DNA of 64,000 nt, taken from the NCBI RefSeq assembly GCF_009914755.1, contig NC_060930.1. One strand, given 5' to 3'. This document shows positions 53,500-64,000 of the stretch, piece after piece (the stretch's first letter is position 1; each line of letters starts with the position of its first letter). Below the pieces are notes generated by a model. It was not told the DNA's origin and made no database searches. It saw only the letters and a list, made by a program, of their open reading frames with translations. Source of the DNA: the human T2T-CHM13v2.0 reference genome, Homo sapiens. Both the position numbers and the translations under genes were made by a program.

Positions 53500-53705
53500 T
53501 CTCCCATTTTTAAAGTTTTCACTATATTAGATACTGGGCTAAGCATTTTATATTGTTTAAGCCTCATAATGCCCTGATGACAAAGATGTTAGTGTCCCCA
53601 TTTTACAGGGGAGGCAACTGAGACTCAGAGAACTTAACCTACTCAATCAGACAGCCCAGGAGTGACCGGGCTGGGAATGGACTCAAGTCTTTTTCCCCAC
53701 CAGAC
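53500..53705 (-). mobile_element. MIR
   Basis: cccattttacaggggaggcaactgagactcagaga. Confidence 0.75.
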
Positions 53706-54939
53706 TGTGGAGGTGGGTATACATGGCCATGTTCACGGCCTCTGTTGGGTTCTGCTTCTCATCTTGTCTCCTATTGACGCAACTGAAATCTCTGGAAAAG
53801 CCCAACCACCTTTTCAGGCTTTTTTACTTGAGAGACTCAGAAATGTGTGCTTCCAGCTGGGAAGCAGCAGTGAGACCATTGTCAATAATATACTCGCTTT
53901 CAGTTTCATAAACACTTCTGATGCATGCCCTTTCTTCTGCAAAGGTCTGTCTCTGGGGGTACCTGACCCATCAGGGAGAGATGCCAATTAAATCCACATG
54001 GAATCTGAACATACTCAAATCAGGACTGTGCCAAACCTATCAGTGTAATGATTCTGGGTGTCATCAAAGTCTTGGGAGTATCTGAGATGGTAGATGGATG
54101 TTAAGGTGAATGTTTCTTAATGTCTTGAGACATTTCAGCTAAACTTGTACTGGAAAACATTACAGAAGGAGAAGCAAGGCATACGTAGTTCATGGGGTTT
54201 CTTTAAATTAAAAAAAAAATCCAAGCTAAATATTTCATCATTCTCTGGAGAAAAATTAGACTTAGGAGAGGGGAGTTTTACAGCCAGATGTGTGGACAAT
54301 TTCTCCAACCATAGCCCTTTAATGGGAATTATTTTCCATAGCCTTTCATTTCCTTAGATATTCTGTGCTTGCATAGATGGTTCCAAAAACCCCTGCCCCG
54401 ACTGAGGAGGCTTTCTCCATGAAGTTGAGGCAACAAGTCTGTCTGGGCTTGGCTGGGCCGGGCTGGGCTGGGCCATTTCTCTGGGAGGAGGTGCTTTCTC
54501 TTTTGTAGTTCTGTGCTTGTGCGCAGCTGCCTGGTGGGAGCTCTGATATAATAAAGGAGCTTGGCTGGTCAGATTCCTTGTCAGGTGAAGAAGCCTTTTG
54601 TTTCTGTTTAGTTTTCTGAAACAAGACAAATTATGATATTTTCTGTTAATTTCTTTCCTTAATGAGTTTCATTAAAATCAAAGCTTCCGGAAGACTGAGC
54701 CTTGACAGCTGTCTAAGGGCTGTTTCATTTACTGGGGGCTGCTTAGATGGAGTAATTATTACAGCTTGATAGTTTAAAAAGGAGTAAGAACGACAGAAAG
54801 AAATAGATCCCTTGAATGGTGTGTCACACATTTTTATTTCTTTCTGTGTCTGAGATTCTGTGGTGTTCAAAAGAGATGACAAAAATCATGTATTCTTTGA
54901 ACTAAAATATTACTACATCATCACACACTTGCTTCTTAG

Positions 54940-55241
<302 letters not shown>

Positions 55242-55946
55242 TCCCTGGTTCTTAAATAGTGAAGTTTACTTAATGATGGTATATTAAAAGGAAGCCTTTT
55301 GGAGGTTAAAAAAAGTTTGTCTTTAGACCGTGACAAGCCATTTGGTGCATGCTGCCATGAGGTCTTGATGAGACTATGGGCGGCAGCATATTTCATGTTA
55401 TGTTGACCAAGTAGTATAGTTAGCATAATCACTTGTCTTCCTCAGATAATTTTTGTATGCCAATTGGCATAATAAAAGAGACTTTAAATTCATGACCAGA
55501 ATTCCATGTTTCATAATAAAATCAGAAGTGTTTTTGTTCTGGGGCAAACAGTTATTTCCTTGTCGCCTTCTGCAAAGTAGAGGTGACAAAGTATGACTGA
55601 GACATGTTGAGATGCTGAGATCCCTTGAGGAAGGGACTGAACATTGTGAGATGGGTAACCTGAGGGACAAATCTAAAAAAAGTCTCAAAAAGGAAACTAA
55701 AATAACATCAAAATGATGAAAAAATTGATAAAGTGAAATATACTGCTGTACATGAAATGGCATGATGTCTCAGAATTTTCAGTAAGAAAAAAAGAAGGGA
55801 TAGATGAAGTAGGTAAGGTAAAAATCTCAATAGTCGTTGAAGCTGTGAATAGAGAAATTGGAAATTCACTGTTATCTCTATTTTTGCATATATTTTACAT
55901 ATTCATAATACAAATTTTGAGAGTAATAAAATGGTAATAGAAACAT

Positions 55947-56200
55947 GGCAGGAGGATTGCTTGAGCCCAGGAGTTTGAGACCAGCCTGGGCAAGAAACTG
56001 AGACCCTGTCTCTACAAAAAAATTTAAAAATTAGCTGGGCATGGTGGTGAATGCCTGTAGTCCCAGCTACTTGGAATACTTAGGTGGGAAGATTGCTTGA
56101 GCCCAGGAGGTCAAGGATGTGGTGTGCCATTATTACACCAGTGCACTCCAGCCTGGGCAACAGAATGAGACCCCATCGCAAACAAAGAAGAAAAATAAGA
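55947..56200 (+). mobile_element. 5'-truncated AluJ
   Basis: Starts ggcaggaggattgcttgagcccaggag; A-rich tail. Confidence 0.88.
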
Positions 56201-59200
56201 ATAATCGATTGTAGGAGTTTGATGGGTCAAAATAATTTCACAAGAAAAACTTTATGTTATTTGAGAAAAACATTTGTACCATTGGGAAATTTATATCATT
56301 TGATTAATACATTTTTATGATTAGGAAATTTACATACTTGAGAAAAATGAGTTGCAACTCTGTAATTATTCTGAGAATTCTGATTTTCTCAGCAGATAAA
56401 TTTATCAATTTAAGAGCAATATTAAAACTCTGTATTTTAGGAAAGGATTTCTAGGAGTGGAACTAAAATTTCACAAAGGAAGCATCATTAGTAAAAATAA
56501 GTTTAGTGGCTCATGTGAGGTAAAAGAAAGATTATAAATAGTGAGAAATGGACCACAGAAAAGAATAAGCATTTTCATTGTTCCTTTTTTATTTCTATTG
56601 AAAAAAAAAAAACTTACAATAGACAAAATGGCGTCTTTCAGTGATTCTCCAGTATGTCCGGAAAAGCAGAGGACACCCTTTCCACATGGCTTTGGCTTGA
56701 GGGGATGCAGCCTCATAGCCACATTTCCCATGAATGTAGCGCTTCAAGAAAGTACAGGGAGGCCCTCACAGCTTGAGACAGAGAGTGGACCAGCACCAGC
56801 TACTGGGAGGAGCCAGCTGGCCGTGGCAGCCCTTGATAGCATCCGGTAGGGTTGCGGAGCCTCTCTGGAACACTTCCAAAGGCAGGAACTAGTATCCATT
56901 TTTGTACAGCTCTACTTAGTGATGGAGACGGGTGGGTAGTCTAAGTTTCCTTCAAATCCTGAGATTCTATGATTATATAAGACAAAGAGAAATGGAAACA
57001 TTTGGATGCAAAATAGGTATGTCTGTGTGAATGTGACAATGCACACCCAAATGTGCGCGCGTTTCCCTATAAAGGAAGACGTATCCATATTGTGAGCTGT
57101 AGGCTGGCTGCCCACCAAGTAGCAGACTGAATGTAATCTGGCCCTTCTATTTCTTAAAGCTTTTAATACTAAGGAGCCTGGTCTCTCTCAAGAACTCCTC
57201 ATTAAAGTATAAAACACTCTCCTGTAGTTTCAATGCTAGGAAGGTGCTCTCCTTCCATAAAGTCTATCACTATCTTATGGAAATCTCTCCCCCAGGAGGT
57301 CACTGAGCCCAGAGCTGCAGCTGTGTTTTAATAAGGGCTGGATAATTTTATGACCAATAACATTTGTCGTTACACATGCTACAAGAAGGTTAATCAAATC
57401 TCAGCCTTCAGGGCATAATCTGCATTCCCACAGGAATTTTCTTCCAGAATTCTGTGTTTGGCTGGGGAGGCTTACTTCCCTCCTCGTATGTTAGTTGTTG
57501 ACCATAGCTCTGTGATTCTGGATTTGTGCTTGTTTCCCTTACTGTCACTAGAATATTTCAGTAATAAAACTGTCTGGGGGCACAAACCTGAGTGGCGTGG
57601 CTCAGAGTTTCCCAGCTCTCAGAGCTCTATGCTTTCAGGCCGATACTTTATTTTTCAACTTGAAACTTCTGTGAGACTGGAGTATTCAATCTATCTGTTT
57701 CATTTGCCTCGGGGAGCCAAAGTTTAAGGCAACTTGCAGACCTGAGATACCAAATATTTTTCCAGCGTTTCTCTGTTGCTTAGGAAACCCATAAACTGGT
57801 TCAAACATCTCACTTGGGGAAATATTGAAGTGACATTTAACTCAGAAACAGACTGCCTTTGGTTTGCTAAAGAAAACAGCATCACTGCCTGAAAGGGCAG
57901 CAGATCAAAATAAAGAGGGCAAGAGGGAAACAAGAGATGGCTATTGAGAGCTGAAGCTGGGATGGTTGTAACACAAATTGTGAGATTGTTGATGTTTTTC
58001 CTTTGGTTTGGAGTGTATGGCTACATCAGTCTATAGTATTTCAACTCATGCAGTGATGAAGGAGTAAAGTCTCCTTGTCATTTGAAGGGTCAAGAGATGG
58101 CCAAGAAATCATCTGCTCAGGACTCAGTGATATTTAATGAAGCAAAAGAGGTGACATGGACAATCAGAAATAAGACCTAGTTGTCCATGGGTTCCAGAGT
58201 CTCTGCTGAGTCCCATTGAGTTCTTCTGTCTCCATCTGCCGTAGAATCTGTCTGCACAAGGCTGCCCCTGCAGGTTCAGTCAGACCAAGGTCAGATTGCC
58301 TCAGAGACTGTCTCATGGTAGAGTTCTACGTTGCTCCACCTCTTCGTGGAATCCAGTACAAGGCAGGTGCAAAGGATTGGACCCAGATTGCATGATAGGT
58401 GGATGGAGTGGGTGTGTGGCGGCTGGGGAGGGACGGGGGTGGGCGGAGAGAGAAAGAGAGAGACGTAAAGCTGACCCACTTCCCATATGGTCATCTGAGT
58501 AGGAAGTGACTTGGACCTCTGGAATGAGATAGGTGTGGGATGAATGGGTAGAGCCCCCAGAGAGGAGGAAGAGTGCTAGGGAGTAACAAGACTCTATTAA
58601 ATTGTAGAATATGCACCTAATCTCTAGGCAATAGTGCAGAGTCAGAAGGACTGAAAAATCAAAATGAACCTAAAAGTCATCTGAGTATCCAGATTAATTG
58701 ACCAGTTTCAGCACCTTCCAAATCTAACCAGGAACACTATGGGAAATACAAAAGGAAATTGGAATGGGAAGGCATCCTGGCTCGTCCCGCACCTCCTGTG
58801 CAGGGAAAGCAGTTGAAGCCATGTTCTCCAGTTGCTTCAAGCATAATGTTGTATTTTTCCCCAGTGGGTTTCAGCTCAGTTTGTGTCAGCTTATGTGTAC
58901 AAACAAATTTTTAAAATTTGTCCCTTGCTAAGGGAGCTGACATCTGCCACTCTCAGAAATTAGAAATGACAGACACCCACCGAAGGGTGAAAGGCTATGA
59001 ACTAATTGGCTGATTTTTTATCAAAAATAAAATCTACTCTGACTTCACTATTAACTGAACAGATAGCATTGTCTAATCCGTACATTTAGTGGTGATTTCA
59101 GGTGATGAAGGAAAATGGACAACTTAGTTCTGTTTAAACCAAAACCCTTCTCACTCATGTGTTTCCCTTTCTTAGATTTAATGCAGTGCCCAGTCCACCT

Positions 59201-59389
59201 GGCTCAGCAGGTGATGGTGAGTCGTGGATGAGATACTTGATTGTTTTCAAAATCCTTATGTTTGTTCACTTGAGACTCTTAATCTGTAGGAGCCCATTCC
59301 CCTCTCCCCAAGGGGGAGAAAGAAAATAAGCACCAAGACTTTAGAAAGGGAAGGGAGTAGAGTGAAGTTGAAGACAGAAGATGTTACTG

Positions 59390-59920
59390 TGTATTTTAGC
59401 CAGGCTCTTCAGGAAAGGGGGCTGGAATTGGAAGCAGAAAGCAGTGAGAACCAAGGCAGCTTTGGGCTTGGCTTCTCTCCACCTCTCCTTCTCTCACGGT
59501 GTCTCTGATTTTCTCTGGCTGTCTGCTCCATGTTTTTCTCGCCATCGACCAGACCAGATTTCTTTGCATCCCTATAGCTCATGGTCTTCATCACTTCAAC
59601 ATGTACAAATCCATCATGGCCTCTGCAGTGCCTCTCAACATTGTGTCCTCTCAGTTCAGCTCCCATTCTCACCTGCTGCAGTCTCTTGGTGTATTCTAGC
59701 TTACGTTCCTGAGGGAGGAAATCGGACTGAAGCTGTACATCTTCTTGCAACAGGGTGTGTCATGGGTTGCTGGACACCTTCTCTAGTAGCTGCCCTTGGG
59801 TCATGTGCCCAACCTTGGTCCAGTCAACTCAGACCAGATCATGTGGTACAAAAACATGGCTACACAGTTCCTGAGGAGGGGGTGTGTCAGGCAGATACCT
59901 GCAATGATCTCTCTGCACAA
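59390..59920 (-). mobile_element. Old MaLR LTR (MLT1-type)
   Basis: gggtcatgtgcccaaccttggtccagtcaac and catgtggtacaaaaacatggct resemble MLT1 LTRs. Confidence 0.5.
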
Positions 59921-62900
59921 CATTTATTACAGACATTTAGTGTAACATTGAAGTCCATTACACAGCATTTATTGAGCACATATATCAAGCACTATGCTGG
60001 ACATCAAGGGTGATCAAAAGTGCTGAGTCTTTCCTGTTTTAGAAGGACTCACTTTTTTCCTGCATTTCTTATTTATATAGTAAAGAAGGAAGGAAAAAAT
60101 GACCATGACTAGAAGTAGAAAAGAAATAGCAGGAAGCACATTGGGAAGACGGACACATTTTCTTCCTCTTCAGTCCTGCTCCTTGAGTGTGGAATTGAAA
60201 GATGGACATATCTTTAAAAATTATTAAAAATCCTTATTGAAATCTTACCTATGGTACTCAGCTAAAATCCCATGTCCTTCTGACCACTCTAGCCTATGAG
60301 GATGGCTCTATTTCACTGCCTTGGCTAGCAGGGCACATATTTAAACCAGCATCTGCCACTTATTTACTCTATTTTCCATTAATGTGTATATACCTAATCT
60401 TAACCAGGCAGAAAATTCCTTGAGAGAAGTCACCAGAGCTCATGTGTGTCTTTCCCATAATTTCCATAGTTGGTATTCTGTGAGATAAAATGAATTCAGA
60501 ATACTGGAAGAAGTTCCTCTAGAAAGAGACTTGGCTCCTGATTGAATATACTTTGTATTAAAATGAAATCCACTTCCAGAATTTTGTGTGTAAAACATGT
60601 AGGAATTTTGATGATACAAAATAAAATAATAGTACTTGAAATGCCCCCAGAATACAGACTTTGAGGAAGTCATTTCTTGATCCAATAAGGACATGGTGTA
60701 GAAAGCAGCTGCTTATACCTGGGTGAGCCATAATGCTAAGGTGTGTCTTTGCCCTGGGAGACCTGGAACAAAGGGAGTTTCCAAGGAGAGCTAGAAAAGG
60801 GACTCTGAGAGTAGCCCAGAGAATCTTCCCAGCTCCACCTTTTCTGGCTCCAGAGTGGGTGTGTGGAAGAAGGGGCAGTATTTAAACTCAGCTGGCTGGT
60901 TCCCTTGTAACCTTGTTAAAAGGTACGTTTTAAGAACCTGGGACTTTATCCAAGTATGTAATATGTCTTTCCCTTAGGTTTTTATATACTGCTTAGAAAT
61001 CTCCATTAAGAATTTCAGCTGTACCAGTAACAATGATCACACACTATTGTTAATAGATAGGGTTAAATGGCGAGAGTCATTTCCAATTATTGACTCCATT
61101 GTATTTTCATATATTTCAACTCATTAAGAAAAAAAAGAGCCACCACAAAAACAAAACAAAGAAAAATAAACCTGGACAATGCTAGTGCTCAACAGTGGGA
61201 AACACGGTCAAGTTGCCTGTGGAGTCCTTACAAAACACAATTTTAAAAATATGTATTTTATTGTTTCTAGAAATTTGACAAACTAAAACCATATTGAAGA
61301 TGAACAACGGACTCAAATGAGCCAAAGCATGCCTCAGGCAACTCTAAGCTTCCCACCAGTTTGGGGCTAACTCCCATCACTCCAAACTTTTGTGAGAGTA
61401 TATGATTCTGAATAGCATGGAAACTAGATCACAGGTTCTACACACAGAATAAATTAGGTTGGGAGCAACACACACATCAGCATTATTAAGCCTGCTGCTC
61501 CTCTGCTACCTCTGATGTTGCCCAGACGAAAGGGTTAGGAGGGGAGAGATGTGTTGAATGAGAAGGAGCTGCCAGTCAATAGGGACACTAGTGGGTATTG
61601 TGGTGGATACCTTCTGCCCTTTTCCTCAGGTACTCTAACCCTGTATCTTATGAATAATCCTATATTGTAATTCTTATTCTGTGCCTTCGGTCAGATCACC
61701 TGGCTACCTCTTGGTTTCTTCATTTTTGAAACAAGAAGATGTTATCACTCTCAGCAGGCTGAAACAGACTGAGAGAAACCTTCATGCATTGACCCTGATA
61801 AAACCGGCTTTATTAACACAATCTTTACACTCCCACACTTTTTTATTAACGTATATAAGGCTAATAAAAAAGAAAGAAAGATCCGTGATTGGAAGTGAGA
61901 AAGAATTTTTATACCACTCTTCTTACCTGGAAAACAGTTGTTTTAAAAGAGTTATTTTAAAAATCTATTTGGGGGGCAGGTAAAGGAAGAGTGGGAAAAG
62001 AAGAAAGGTCAGAACAATCCACCACTTTACCCCTTTAATATCCCAAATATACAGGGAGTTCTGAATCCTGAGCAGTATCAGATTTTGCTTTTGGAAACAC
62101 TTAGGAAGTGAAAATGATGCCAGTGACTCTCTAAGGGCAGTGGCATCCCACTGCAGAACAGTAGGCTGCAGGCTTCAGGATAAGACAAAAATAACAATTT
62201 CATCACTATCCCCTACCAAGGCAAATCTGAGAAATTTTGCTGAAATTGTTTTTCCATGTAAATTTCAAACGTTCTGAAAAATAAAGCACCAGTGGATACA
62301 GGCAGAGGTTTCCCAGAGGGCATAGTGCATGTGGAAGGGAAGCCCATTCATTGGACCTGAAACCACAGGATAAAGGGGGGTGAAATAAAGGCTGGCTGAG
62401 AGTCCCCACCTTCCAGAGCTGCCTTTGTTGCAATGAGTGTGAAGCACACGCCTCAACTTTTCGTTACTTTGGCTTTTTTTGGCTAGTGTTGCATCTTATA
62501 AGTCACAGTCTAGCTTCTCCTGTCCGTATTTTTACTGCACAGAAGGTTTCCCAATTTGCAAGCGTTTGCAGCACGGCTGGGCCCGGAGATAAAACAGAAT
62601 GTGTATGTAGTACAGTATGCATTCAACTGATGCACAAGACTCTTTCCACCATATGTGCAAAGTAGTGTGCTTTTCACTCGAGGTGCCCCTGCCAAAATTG
62701 CCAGGAGCACATGAATAAGTGGAGGAGAAATGCCCTGTGCGTAATGCAGCTCCAGGCCTCGCCCCACCTGGGAAGGAAACCCATGTGTTCTGCAGCCGCC
62801 TGCATTCTCACCCCCCTTTGCAGCCCATCTCTCACATTGTTTTATGCTTACCTTTACACAGCTCGAACCTCATCCTTCTCCCTCAACTGGGGCCCATGAT

Positions 62901-64000
62901 GCTAGCCATTGTGAAGGGCAGGTGTAGGGTCTCAGTTGCCCTTCCAGGAAGAGAGAAGTAAGGGTAGTTAGCACTTATGCTAATGAGAATAACGGGACTG
63001 GTTAAATACTCATCAGTTACAGAGGAATACCACTGGGTGAGAGCAAGTTGGTGTTTTTTCCTTCCCCTTACACATTTATTGTCCTTCGTCTCCTGCAAAG
63101 TGTAGCTTACCAAGCATTTTTATTGGAAAGTAATATTGGTCTGGTCTTTGTGGGTAAATCTTCCGGTGGAACATCTTTCATGATGAGATTTATTTCATGA
63201 TAAGTTTTTAAAAAGAGTGAAGGCTATAAAAGAATTGTACTTTTCACTCACCTCTTTGAATCTATCTTAATCTCCTTGTATCTTTTAGCCTAAATCAATC
63301 AATCTAGGGAATTTTTACCTTGATATTCACTGCCTAAAAATTGAATCACCACCTTCCTTGGCTTTACTGAAAACTTGATGTTTATTTGAAAGCATACAGT
63401 ATTTTTGATTCAAAAGTTGTCAGTAGGACACACAACTCAGAATCTTTTGTTGAGTTTTAACTATTGGTGTTACATGGTGGTTACAGCCACGCTCTCATTC
63501 TACCAAGTGTGGGTAACAAGTACGAGCCCCGCTTTATGGATGGGAAACCAAGCCATGGGGCAGCCACTTCCTTTCACCTGTCCTTTCATTCTTTCAGCCA
63601 CCAGTCTGGGAGGTAGGGCTTTTCCACCCACGGGCCCTGCAACAGGGTATGCCTGGCAGAGAGGAGAGATTGATCCACATTTGGTGAAGATCCACATTAA
63701 GTGTAATAGCAGTGCTATCACAATCCATTGTAAATAGGTCCATATCTCAACTTTCTTCCTTGACTTTATTTGAATTACTTGTAAGCTTTCTCCCTCAACA
63801 TATTAACAAATAACCTTTGGGCCAATAAAAATGCAATTTTTGTGCTTACGGTTTTCGTGAATGCGAAGGGATTTGCTGTCCTTGACGGTATTCATCTAGA
63901 ACCTAGAACAACGCAAGACTCTGTAGGCCACTTGCATCTACCACACCTCTCCTGATCAGTGGATCTGGGGAATTCCTTGCCTGGTGAGGGTACACTTGGA

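Noticed and set aside
59381-60013. Longest ORF in the track (210 aa)
   Set aside because: No recognisable domain or coding-like composition, and it overlaps an apparent old MaLR LTR and L2 relic.

Overview
Primate (most likely human) genomic DNA lying inside the SOBP gene (sine oculis-binding protein homolog), transcribed on the + strand. The only protein-coding sequence I can support is one 152-bp internal exon (26375-26526) encoding an FCS-type zinc finger. The rest is intron, containing about 18 Alus, a long decayed L1, L2/MIR relics, MaLR/ERVL LTRs, hAT DNA transposons and microsatellites. Repeat families were assigned by eye, so subfamily names and edges are approximate. The standout structure is a non-Alu inverted duplication (arms 11436-12373 and 13805-14668, 1431-bp spacer). 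Its inner 473 bp are perfectly identical, while its outer part is about 3.7% diverged. The derived arm is bracketed by a 7-bp CCTTGGC junction repeat. This suggests an origin by template switching, later gene conversion or recurrent inversion, and a long dsRNA in SOBP pre-mRNA. Secondary leads are three candidate cryptic exons, a NAGNAG acceptor, a 50-bp orphan retro-insertion, G-quadruplex motifs, palindromes and transcription-factor motif clusters. I found no evidence of a wholly new gene system; all functional statements are inferences to be tested.
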